A DNA stretch of 39,537 bases from a virus, in the UHGV virus genome UHGV-0134280; one strand, given 5' to 3'. The notes under the pieces are model-generated. The model was not told the DNA's origin, did no database searches, and was given only the letters and a program-made list of their open reading frames with translations. Shown one piece after another: positions 27,177 through 35,016 of the stretch. The position numbers and the translations under genes were made by a program. Every line of letters begins with the position of its first letter. The first letter of the stretch is position 1.

Positions 27177-28652
27177 TTAAGCATAGGGATCGTAATCTGT
27201 AATGGCCTTGCCTTGCTGGTTCTGCTGACCTGGAATTCGCAGACGCTTCGACACAGGGAAAGCAAACGTCAGCAATAGCGCATCGCCTTTACCAGGAGAA
27301 CGCCCAAGCCGCTCCTTGATATCTTCCTTCGGTTCGATAACGATTTTACCGTCCACTCGAACTTTGTACTCTGCCGCCGACAGGTCGTCCGCTGTTTCCT
27401 GGTCATCAAGCATGCCGCCCAGCCTCAGCCATGTCTTGCATGAGTTGAACATCTCCCCGCGCTTATTGAGCATCTGCGGGTCAGTAGACGCGCCACCGAA
27501 CGGAACAAGTTGCCATGTACGACCCCAGCCGTCACCGATTGACTTCAGACCAGTTCCGTAACCGAAGTCGATGAACACTGCGTCAGCCTGGTACTGGTCT
27601 TCAAAGTCAGCGATACGCTTCGCCATAATCAGATCGTCAGTAGTCTTGTTGCCAGTCCACAGCACCTTACTGTGCAGCCCCTGCCGCAGGTATATCACCG
27701 CGTCATCAACGCCTGAGTATGCCGGGTCAACGCCGATTATCACCGGAGCATGTGCAACCTGCGCAGCGGTTACCACCCGTTTCATTGCCTCATCAGTAAG
27801 ACCGGTAGGGATAAACTGCAATTCAGATGCATCAGGGAATATGCCGCGCACACGGATTTTAACGAAGTCGCTGTCTTCCCCGTAGTCATCAACCCATTTC
27901 TGCAACTGCTGTTTGTTAGTGCCTTCCACCGTCCGGCTGTCAATCTGCGCAGTTTTCCAGCGGTGTTTATATTTGCGGAAACATTCGCGGAAACGCCCGG
28001 TGTTACGTGTAGGGTTTCCGAACGCCACCCAGATAATCTCAGTGTCTTCGTCCGTAAGCGCACCCTCGGCAACTTCCCACACCAGATCGGCAATGTTGGA
28101 TGCTTCGTCGAATACCACGATGATGCGTTTGCGCTCGTTGTGTAGTCCGGCGAATGCCTCAGTGTTGTGCTCAGACCAGGGGATTGCGTCAGCTCGCCAC
28201 CGCTTGTCGTGCCCAGGATCATTGCTGTACATCGCGGTAGCGGTACAGGTAAACCAGTCTTTCGTGATAGCAAGGTTCGACCACTTGATAATTTCCGGCC
28301 AGGTCTTCGTTCGTAGCTGGTTGTCGGTGTTGGCGGTCACCACGACCTTACAATCCTCGCAAGTGGACATGCCCCAGTTGATCAGCATTGAGATGAATGC
28401 GGATTTACCAATACCGTGACCAGAAGCGCGTGCCAGCATAAGCGGCTGATAACGCGTCTCTGGATTCTGCAGGTGATCACGTATCTCTCGGAACGCATCG
28501 GCCTGCCACTGACGTGGACCGGTAGCATGTGCCAGTTCAGTCCCCTCTTCCCCCCAAGGGAACGCATAGAGGGCATAGCCAAGCGGATCGTGAGTGAACC
28601 CTGCAATATCCTCGATCAACTGCTCTTCAGGAGATAACGCTGTATCTGTCAC
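27177..28652 (-). CDS. Terminase large subunit
   Basis: 491 aa; Walker A-like GHGIGKS near the N-terminus; overlapping stop/start with the small subunit gene. Confidence 0.85.
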   Translation of the reverse strand: MTDTALSPEEQLIEDIAGFTHDPLGYALYAFPWGEEGTELAHATGPRQWQADAFREIRDHLQNPETRYQPLMLARASGHGIGKSAFISMLINWGMSTCEDCKVVVTANTDNQLRTKTWPEIIKWSNLAITKDWFTCTATAMYSNDPGHDKRWRADAIPWSEHNTEAFAGLHNERKRIIVVFDEASNIADLVWEVAEGALTDEDTEIIWVAFGNPTRNTGRFRECFRKYKHRWKTAQIDSRTVEGTNKQQLQKWVDDYGEDSDFVKIRVRGIFPDASELQFIPTGLTDEAMKRVVTAAQVAHAPVIIGVDPAYSGVDDAVIYLRQGLHSKVLWTGNKTTDDLIMAKRIADFEDQYQADAVFIDFGYGTGLKSIGDGWGRTWQLVPFGGASTDPQMLNKRGEMFNSCKTWLRLGGMLDDQETADDLSAAEYKVRVDGKIVIEPKEDIKERLGRSPGKGDALLLTFAFPVSKRLRIPGQQNQQGKAITDYDPYA

Positions 28653-29245
28653 TGATTACCATCCTGACGTTCTTTGAGTCGCTTCCTGGCTGCTGCTATG
28701 CGATCAGCAATTGTCACATTCACATTAACATCCAGACGTTCTTTGAACGCGTTGACATCAACATGCTTACCAATCAGCTCAAGGTTCTTCACCTTGTCAG
28801 GCCATTTAATTTTTTTGAGGATTGTCTCTATCGAATCCTCGTTCATGTTCATGATGGTCGATGACAGATCAAAGCCACTAAGCGTAGTGCGCCAGATTTT
28901 CGGCCACTCACGGATTGGTTTAAGGCTCCCATCGTCGTTGAGGATATCGATCACGTCCATCTGGTCGATCTCCACCAGGCGCATGAGAACGTAATCAGCA
29001 CTGACGCGCATTCGTTTGTTGCGCTCCTCCATCAACTCGGCAATCCGTTTTTGAATGCGTTCATCGCGCATCATGACACTGGCTTTAACTGCCGCTGTAT
29101 TTGGGGAGAATCCTGCGTTAATCGCAGCCTGAGTCTGGTTTTCAGGCGTTTTGATGTATGACTGGCAATAAGCCTCCTGCATTGCTGTGAGCGGCTTAAA
29201 TTGCGTTGATTTGCGTTTATAGGTTTTAGGTTCAGCAGGCATCAT
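28649..29245 (-). CDS. Terminase small subunit
   Basis: HTH-like segment QAAINAGFSPNTAA; start trimmed to ATGATG with GGTGG RBS because the track extension to 29323 runs through a terminator hairpin. Confidence 0.65.
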   Translation of the reverse strand: MMPAEPKTYKRKSTQFKPLTAMQEAYCQSYIKTPENQTQAAINAGFSPNTAAVKASVMMRDERIQKRIAELMEERNKRMRVSADYVLMRLVEIDQMDVIDILNDDGSLKPIREWPKIWRTTLSGFDLSSTIMNMNEDSIETILKKIKWPDKVKNLELIGKHVDVNAFKERLDVNVNVTIADRIAAARKRLKERQDGNQ

Positions 29246-29261
29246 AACCACCCTGGTAATT

Positions 29262-29278
29262 GTTACCGTTGTGGTAAT
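29262..29278. promoter_or_regulatory. 17-bp palindrome gTTACC-GTTGT-GGTAAT (site J) with an extra GGTAAT half-site at 29255-29260
   Basis: Read directly; between the terminator at 29286-29314 and the small terminase RBS. Confidence 0.5.
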
Positions 29279-29285
29279 AGTACCA

Positions 29286-29314
29286 TGCAAAATAAAGCCG
29301 CCATAGTTGGCGGC
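29286..29314 (-). terminator. Rho-independent terminator gccgcca/tggcggc upstream of the terminase genes
   Basis: 7-bp GC stem with 4-nt loop; on the minus-strand transcript it is followed by UUUAUUUUG. Confidence 0.55.
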
Positions 29315-29355
29315 AGTATTCAAAACCCATCAAATTCATCATGCATAATCTACTC

Positions 29356-29367
29356 GTGACATGTCAC
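29356..29367. repeat. 12-bp perfect palindrome GTGACATGTCAC (copy 3)
   Basis: Read directly; overlaps the stop codon of 29364..29705, about 40 bp upstream of the terminator before the small terminase gene. Confidence 0.7.
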
Positions 29368-29705
29368 ACTATTAATTTAGTTTCATGCCAGCCTTTAGTC
29401 ACCCAGCATTGTGAGTCACCATTACACGGGCATGAATTCACAGGAACTCTCTCGCCGCACTTACCGCAACGTTTTCTGCTGATCGATTTTATACGCCCGT
29501 GCACGCGAGCATCATCCTGGCGGATAAGTAACGCAATATACTCACCAAATTCGTAAGGCACACGCCCGGGGCGACGCGTGGCACAGTTACGCTCCAGCAT
29601 TTCAATTTCCTGAGCATCAAGCACAATCTCCAGCTTACGTACACCGGATGCAGCTTGTCTGGCTCTCTGAGCGGCTTTGCGCTCTGCTGCTGATTTAGCC
29701 ATCAA
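29364..29705 (-). CDS. Small basic protein with C-terminal Cys cluster (possible zinc-ribbon regulator)
   Basis: 113 aa; KRCGKCG...CPCNGDSQC motif; last gene before the terminator that precedes the late operon. Confidence 0.4.
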   Translation of the reverse strand: MMAKSAAERKAAQRARQAASGVRKLEIVLDAQEIEMLERNCATRRPGRVPYEFGEYIALLIRQDDARVHGRIKSISRKRCGKCGERVPVNSCPCNGDSQCWVTKGWHETKLIV

Positions 29706-30015
29706 TATTCACCTTTATCGCGTAAACCTTTACCGGTTTATCGCCGAAGTGGGGATGTGTGATTGTCTTGATTTCATATCCGTCATACGGGACATCAATT
29801 CTGCGACTGAAGTCGTCGCGCTTCGGATATCCCTTTGTGATAATCAGGCGGTCATACTCGCGGAACATAATTCGCTTATTCCAGTAGTCATTACACAGGC
29901 GATACTCTTCCGTTTTCTCTCCGCGAATCATGGCATCGAAGTATTCACCTTTAACGGCAAGTTGCAGGTTAGCCACGGTTAACCTCCTGCGGCGGTTTTG
30001 CTGCAAAATGCGCAA
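29695..30015 (-). CDS. ASCH/DUF3850-like (PUA-fold) protein
   Basis: 106 aa; pattern resembles ASCH-type domains common in phage early regions; from memory. Confidence 0.4.
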   Translation of the reverse strand: MRILQQNRRRRLTVANLQLAVKGEYFDAMIRGEKTEEYRLCNDYWNKRIMFREYDRLIITKGYPKRDDFSRRIDVPYDGYEIKTITHPHFGDKPVKVYAIKVNIDG

Positions 30016-31000
30016 TACCTTTATCCCAGATGGATTTTATGGTCGTCCACGTGACTGGTACTTTAATTTCAATTCGTCCGCTCCCGTCACAGGTATCGCA
30101 ATCATCATCGCCAAAGCATTCCGGGCAGCTTATAAACGTAGTTTCTGAAAATTCACCGGATAGCACACCCTTAGCGCCGTTCTCAGCGGTTAGTTTCTTC
30201 GGCACCATAACCCAACCATCCGGAGTTACCGGAAGCGAGAACGGCAGCACATCTCTGTGAACAAGTTTTTGCTGTGACAGGTTATCCAGAACTTTCTGTA
30301 CTGCTGCATCACCGAATACACCAAGCGCATCTGCCATAACTCCTACAACCTGATAAGCCTCAGCGCATACCGTGGATAAACCATCCGGAATTACCGGAGA
30401 GTTGCCTGCCAGTCTACGCAAAACAGCCTTAACAGCCTCAATACGGTCATCATCGCAACTTTCCAGCGTATCTATGCGATCGAGCATGATGATGGCGTTA
30501 TCAATATCAGGATTGCCGGTCCACTCATTACCGCGATTGGATTCGGCAGCCTGGTTGCCGCGTACTGGTTGATTCTCGGCTTTACCCAGTCTGTCGTTGC
30601 TGCATGAATGCCCTTCCAGCCAGGCCAATGCTTGTCGCATGAAATACGCAATATGTTTGCCGTGGTAATCGTCTTCATCTATGTGAAAAGCGATACTGCG
30701 AATGTATTCAATTGCATTTTCAATAGCCTCCAACGCTATCGGCGCTGGCGGCGCAGCGAATAGATATCCGCCAAAATCAGGAAGCTCTCCAATGGCCTGT
30801 ACGAACTTTTGTTTGCCTACGTCAATTCCTAATGGGTAGTGAGCTATAATCTTTGCCACTGGCTCTGCTTCCAGCGATGCCAGAGCAATTCGTGCCAGTT
30901 CTTCCGCTTCTTCTGCTGGCAGTACAACGTTGCTACCAGGTCCGTATGTTTCGCGCCACTGCTTGATTGTCAGCAGGCGTTCTTTGGTAATAGTGGTCAT
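29969..31000 (-). CDS. Hypothetical protein with C-terminal DnaJ-type zinc finger
   Basis: C-terminal CPEC...CDTCDGSG; start trimmed to MTTITKE with AAGGAGAG RBS (track start 31081). Confidence 0.45.
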   Translation of the reverse strand: MTTITKERLLTIKQWRETYGPGSNVVLPAEEAEELARIALASLEAEPVAKIIAHYPLGIDVGKQKFVQAIGELPDFGGYLFAAPPAPIALEAIENAIEYIRSIAFHIDEDDYHGKHIAYFMRQALAWLEGHSCSNDRLGKAENQPVRGNQAAESNRGNEWTGNPDIDNAIIMLDRIDTLESCDDDRIEAVKAVLRRLAGNSPVIPDGLSTVCAEAYQVVGVMADALGVFGDAAVQKVLDNLSQQKLVHRDVLPFSLPVTPDGWVMVPKKLTAENGAKGVLSGEFSETTFISCPECFGDDDCDTCDGSGRIEIKVPVTWTTIKSIWDKGIAHFAAKPPQEVNRG

Positions 31001-31095
31001 CTCACTCTCCTTTGATGCGAATACCAGCGGCGCGTGGCACATTAACTTCCACGATGCGCACTGTTGGTTTGTACATCTCAATCGCTGTCAGCCAG

Positions 31096-31533
31096 TCAGC
31101 TCCTGTCATGCGCTTTTCCGCAACCAGTAAAACCAGATACAACGACCAGAACTTCACCTTTGGCTGGTTTTATTTCCCGTGCTTCCAGTTCTGCAATGCG
31201 CTTACTTCCATCCGAGATAACGCCCTCGTAATACTCACGCTGCTCGTTGAGTTTTGATTTTGCCAACTCCAGTTGTTTTGTTAGTTCTGCAATACGACAA
31301 ACATCGTTGATACGCGTTTCCTCTAATGCGTTGCTCTCATCCAGTAGCGCCAGCACGGTTTCTGGTCCGGCCAGAAATTTGAAGGCGTTGAGGGCATCAA
31401 TATCAACACCGCTATCTTTAAGTTCCTGTTCGCTTATCAGATCATCATCAACTGGCAACATTAACAGGCGTTCCATTGCTGGAGTTGCACGTTCTGCCGC
31501 CTCACGTAGTGCCTGGTAATTAATTTCGCTCAC
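31096..31533 (-). CDS. Ead/Ea22-like protein
   Basis: N-terminus MSEINYQALREAAERATP resembles lambdoid Ea22-like proteins; from memory. Confidence 0.45.
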   Translation of the reverse strand: MSEINYQALREAAERATPAMERLLMLPVDDDLISEQELKDSGVDIDALNAFKFLAGPETVLALLDESNALEETRINDVCRIAELTKQLELAKSKLNEQREYYEGVISDGSKRIAELEAREIKPAKGEVLVVVSGFTGCGKAHDRS

Positions 31534-32144
31534 TGGTTGCCTCCTTTGCGAAGCTGGGCAGCAAAGTCAACTAACCACTCAGTCATTTCAACCTTCCCTA
31601 CCAGGTCTGAACCAGGGTGCATACAGCAATCACTCTGCGCCGCTTTGAAATCCTTATACTCATATTCTTGGACCACCAGATTTTTTGCAGCTTCTATAGC
31701 AGCATCCACCCCCTGCGCCCGCACTTCAGACAGGAAAGCATCAGTGGCTGGAATGGGCTTTTGTGGTGATATAGCAATGCGAATTGTCTCAAGGTCTGGA
31801 TCTGTTTCCGCTGCTGGCACCTTGATATAACCCATCTGCACCCCATTCATGATGAACCTGCGACGGTCATCACATATCGCCTTTAGCCCCGCACTCTCCG
31901 CTGCCAGCGCCGAAAACTTCTCGTGTGCCAACTTAACAGCCGAATCAGCCTGCTTAATTGACTCAATCGCTTTCTGCTGGTCTTCGGCCAGCGCATTAGC
32001 ACGCACCAGTTGCACTTCCAGTTGCGTTGCCAAATCGCTGATCAGCTTTGCCACACTGCGCATATCAACGGCACCACATTCTGCTTTCAGTTCCGAAGCC
32101 ATCTCATGCCCGGCGGAAACTAACCCTTTGATATTACTTTCCAT
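31530..32144 (-). CDS. Hypothetical early protein, coiled-coil N-terminal half
   Basis: 204 aa; overlapping stop/start with the next gene. Confidence 0.35.
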   Translation of the reverse strand: MESNIKGLVSAGHEMASELKAECGAVDMRSVAKLISDLATQLEVQLVRANALAEDQQKAIESIKQADSAVKLAHEKFSALAAESAGLKAICDDRRRFIMNGVQMGYIKVPAAETDPDLETIRIAISPQKPIPATDAFLSEVRAQGVDAAIEAAKNLVVQEYEYKDFKAAQSDCCMHPGSDLVGKVEMTEWLVDFAAQLRKGGNQ

Positions 32145-32205
32145 CTTTACCCTCGCTTATCCATATAACTTATTGATTACATTGATAACTAAAAAGATCG
32201 TCGAT

Positions 32206-32550
32206 TCAGAACTCTTCGATGTTCCAGCCACCACCTGCTTTCTTTGGTTTAACCGTTACCCCGATGATTCGGAACGGATACTGATCTGCGGCGACTTTGG
32301 TTTTCACCCTGGCGTCGTCGGTCCAGAAACCTTTCACTTCGTGCAGTTCCATCTCGCCGGTGGCGAGCATCACAGCAAAATCGGGCGTATAGAACGTGTT
32401 GTCAGCTAATCGCAGCTTGATACCCTCAAATCGATACCAGGCGATTTCCCCTGCACGTTTACGCAGCTCAAGGTGCTGGCAATACGCAGATTCTGTTTTG
32501 TTCATCTGGCCTGTTTTGAGTCGACCAAGAGCCTGTATCTGTTTTCTCAT
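32206..32550 (-). CDS. PD-(D/E)XK nuclease-like protein (DUF1064-type)
   Basis: Motif YTPDF...HEVKG fits D...E-x-K; N-terminal KTESAYCQHLEL pattern; has its own promoter-like TTGATT-N17-TTTAAT and RBS AGGGGGAAA. Confidence 0.5.
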   Translation of the reverse strand: MRKQIQALGRLKTGQMNKTESAYCQHLELRKRAGEIAWYRFEGIKLRLADNTFYTPDFAVMLATGEMELHEVKGFWTDDARVKTKVAADQYPFRIIGVTVKPKKAGGGWNIEEF

Positions 32551-32614
32551 AATTTCCCCCTGAGGTAATTAAAAACCACATAAGACACGAAATCAATAGA
32601 GTTTAGAATATTTT

Positions 32615-32631
32615 ATTACCTCACAGGTAAT
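32615..32631. promoter_or_regulatory. 17-bp palindrome ATTACC-TCACA-GGTAAT (site F, perfect)
   Basis: Read directly; between a weak terminator after the P-like gene and the nuclease gene promoter. Confidence 0.6.
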
Positions 32632-32667
32632 TATCGAGACGTAAAAAAATGCGCTATCGCGCTGGTA

Positions 32668-33468
32668 TTACTTGATAAATCCTGCCGCCTTTCCCCGCCT
32701 GTATTCCTCCATCAGCCACTGCGCCGGTGTTATTCCCCCAAGGGTGGCGGCGTTAGGCATGCACCCGAAACTTCGCCCTGGTGGATGGTAAACGTCTCTC
32801 CCTGTGTCCGGAGGCGTACTCATGGGTTCTGGCTTTGCCTGTATGCTGATCACCGGATCGGGTATCTGCTGTCCGGAAGCTACCTTTTTCGCCCAATCAT
32901 CGAGCAGCCTGCGCGCGTGTTTCTCAACCTCAATCTCGCTAAGCTGGCGCTGATACATTGCACGGCGGGTATCACATACGACCCAGTACATAACCGGATG
33001 TCGCCACGGGAATCTTTCGGGACCACCAGGATATAAACTTTTTTCCTTGCTGTACCGGTGAAACTCCGCCATCACATCGTCAATGGTGACGCCAAGAACC
33101 ATCTTGCTGTCTTTACACCACTTGATGAATTGCCCTGGCGACGGCCAGAACGGAGATTCACTGGCGCGGGCGTGGCGCATACCAGCAGAAACCTGTTCAC
33201 GGGTTCGGATCCCCCCTTCGGCAAACGCAGCAATCCACTGCTGTTTTGCAGCAACTTCCTGCTCTGGCGTCTTCAGGTTGGTTACTACTGCCGCCGGAAA
33301 CAGTTGTTTCAGCTGTTTGAAAAGGGCATCAACAAGCCTCTCTGCTGACATGTTCACCACATTGTCATTGTTGACGTACTGATGCTCATAACCTGACATG
33401 CGAGAAAGGGCTTCTCCGTCACGGTTTTGTATCGCGGTAAAAACGTTGTTCACAAGAAATCCTCCCAC
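32668..33468 (-). CDS. Replication protein P-like helicase loader
   Basis: Clear similarity to lambda P as recalled: QQWIAAFAEGGIRTREQVSAGMRHARASESPFWPSPGQFIKWC against EIRRQWVLAFRENGITTMEQVNAGMRVARRQNRPFLPSPGQFVAWC. Confidence 0.8.
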   Translation of the reverse strand: MGGFLVNNVFTAIQNRDGEALSRMSGYEHQYVNNDNVVNMSAERLVDALFKQLKQLFPAAVVTNLKTPEQEVAAKQQWIAAFAEGGIRTREQVSAGMRHARASESPFWPSPGQFIKWCKDSKMVLGVTIDDVMAEFHRYSKEKSLYPGGPERFPWRHPVMYWVVCDTRRAMYQRQLSEIEVEKHARRLLDDWAKKVASGQQIPDPVISIQAKPEPMSTPPDTGRDVYHPPGRSFGCMPNAATLGGITPAQWLMEEYRRGKAAGFIK

Positions 33469-34265
33469 GCTTCAGGGCTGTTCCAGTGCGGAACGTTGTT
33501 ATCAGGTAATGTTGATTGCTTCTGTCTGCTAATCTGCAGCCGCCTTGCCAGCTTCTGCTCCCACTGTGCCTGATGGTATGCCTTACCCTCAGCCATCCAG
33601 TAAATTCTGAACTCTGCAAGCTCCTGTGCCGTTGGCAGGCTGTCCAGGTAGATCCCCTGCAATGAGCTTTTCCGAAGAAAGTCATCTGATGGCTGCCATT
33701 GTTCATGCATGACAAATTTGCCTAATTGCCCTGGCCCACCAGGAGGAACAAAGTTATTCATCACGGCGTTGTTTGCGCCGGGGTCATGAGGCACAGAATC
33801 CCCGCTTTTTGTCCTGCTCTCCCTCTCTTGGTTAAATGACTGGTTATATGACTGGTTCTGGATCCCGTTTTTGGGATCATTCAACATCCCGTTTTTGGGA
33901 TCATTCAACATCCCGTTTTTGGGTATATTCCCGTTTTCGGTAACATTACCGTTTTCGGGTTCATTACCCCCTTCCCGGTTGCCTTTAATGTTCCCGTTTT
34001 TGGTTATATTAAGAGAGAAAACCCGCACTCTTTTCGTCGCACCCTTTCTCTCTCCGGTATCTGAAATAAGCCCCATTTTCATGAGCGATATAAGCCCGGC
34101 CTGCACGGTTTTTTTATTCAGGCAAGTGTCTTTAACGAGGCGTTCTATGCTGGGGTAGCAGAGGTTATATTCATCGGCTCTGTCAGCCATCGAGAGCAGT
34201 ATGAGCTTTAATGACGAGCTACCTGGATCTGTCTCCCAGGCCCAATCTGTTGCATGTCTGCTCAT
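33450..34265 (-). CDS. Replication initiator, O-like (N-terminal winged-HTH, iteron-encoded Asn/Gly-rich linker, DnaT-like C-terminal domain)
   Basis: Directly upstream of and overlapping the P-like gene; internal peptide repeats NGMLNDPKNG encoded by DNA iterons; GGAG RBS. Confidence 0.65.
   Translation of the reverse strand: MSRHATDWAWETDPGSSSLKLILLSMADRADEYNLCYPSIERLVKDTCLNKKTVQAGLISLMKMGLISDTGERKGATKRVRVFSLNITKNGNIKGNREGGNEPENGNVTENGNIPKNGMLNDPKNGMLNDPKNGIQNQSYNQSFNQERESRTKSGDSVPHDPGANNAVMNNFVPPGGPGQLGKFVMHEQWQPSDDFLRKSSLQGIYLDSLPTAQELAEFRIYWMAEGKAYHQAQWEQKLARRLQISRQKQSTLPDNNVPHWNSPEAWEDFL
33861..34017. repeat. Candidate origin iterons (ATCCCGTTTTTGGGATCATTCAAC and variants, 5-6 copies)
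   Basis: Tandem near-identical repeats of about 24 bp inside the O-like gene, each with an internal dyad ATCCC...GGGAT; arrangement mirrors ori-lambda inside gene O. Confidence 0.6.
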
Positions 34266-34280
34266 GATTAATCTCCGCTA

Positions 34281-34480
34281 TCAGCTTGAATGTTGTGGGG
34301 AGGAATTAATCATGATCTGCTTAATCTCTGCCCTGATGCGACGGTTTGATTCCATAGTGCACTCAACACAGTGTCCGTTGTAAACCCAGCGTTCACTGTC
34401 ATGTCCGTGCTTACATGGTTTTCCGGTGTAGTAGCGTTTAAGTCCGCGCTTTGCGGCATCAATACGTGTAATGATTTCCA
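34281..34480 (-). CDS. Small Cys/His-rich protein (possible zinc-binding regulator)
   Basis: 66 aa from MEIITR; motif CKHGHDSERWVYNGHCVEC; first gene after the terminator that follows the Cro-like gene. Confidence 0.4.
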
Positions 34481-34560
34481 TGGTAAGCCCTGTTATTAGT
34501 ATTGGGATTACGGTCATTTTGTGCTGACACAAAAAAAAGATCAACCAGATTTGGTTTTTT

Positions 34561-34577
34561 ATTACCTTTGAGGTACG
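34561..34577. promoter_or_regulatory. 17-bp palindrome ATTACC-TTTGA-GGTAcg (site G)
   Basis: Read directly; right half degenerate; lies just after the terminator hairpin that follows the Cro-like gene. Confidence 0.45.
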
Positions 34578-34586
34578 AATAGATAT

Positions 34587-34610
34587 GAAAAGACCGCCGG
34601 ATGGCGGTCT
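34587..34610 (-). terminator. Terminator hairpin agaccgcc/ggcggtct after the Cro-like gene (tR1-like position)
   Basis: 8-bp GC stem with 4-nt loop, followed on the minus transcript by UUUUC. Confidence 0.5.
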
Positions 34611-34631
34611 ACAGAGGGTTGTGGATGGATA

Positions 34632-34862
34632 TCATGAGTAGAAGAAGTATGCCAGTTCTGCTTTTGAGCGCAGCCATTGTCTTGTTTTACAGGCTTTAAA
34701 AAGCCCATTCATCAATACCTTACCTGGCATTTTGCGCTTACCTGTTAAGTGAGTCTGGATATAGTGACTCGTCGTTCCGGCTTCCTGTGCGAAGGCTTCA
34801 CGCTCATCCGGAGTAAGTGCAAGCCAGTGCTTTTTGAAATCGAAATGTCCGTTATCGCTCAT
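34632..34862 (-). CDS. Cro-like HTH regulator (XRE family)
   Basis: 76 aa; HTH-like segment QEAGTTSHYIQTHLTGKRKMPG; first gene of the early operon divergent from the repressor. Confidence 0.55.
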   Translation of the reverse strand: MSDNGHFDFKKHWLALTPDEREAFAQEAGTTSHYIQTHLTGKRKMPGKVLMNGLFKACKTRQWLRSKAELAYFFYS

Positions 34863-34906
34863 AGCTATTGCCTGATATTTATTTCAGATAATAAATATTC
34901 ACCCAT

Positions 34907-34961
34907 AAGGTAACAAAAATCAAGGATAGTTACCTATGAGGTGCATTTACCTGTTGGGTAA
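34907..34961. promoter_or_regulatory. Operator array in the divergent immunity region (overlapping TTACC/GGTAA sites K and L plus a half-site)
   Basis: AGGTAAC at 34907-34913, TTACC-TATGA-GGTgc at 34929-34945, TTACC-TGTTG-GGTAAT at 34945-34961; between the Cro-like start (34862) and repressor start (35017). Confidence 0.55.
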
Positions 34962-35016
34962 TATTGCTTTAAATTGAATCATCTACTGATTCATATATGA
35001 GGCGATTTTCCAGAAA

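Noticed and set aside
10175-29367. GTGACATGTCAC as a CRP-binding site
   Set aside because: It contains GTGA and TCAC but with a 4-bp rather than 6-bp spacer, so it does not fit the TGTGA-N6-TCACA consensus.
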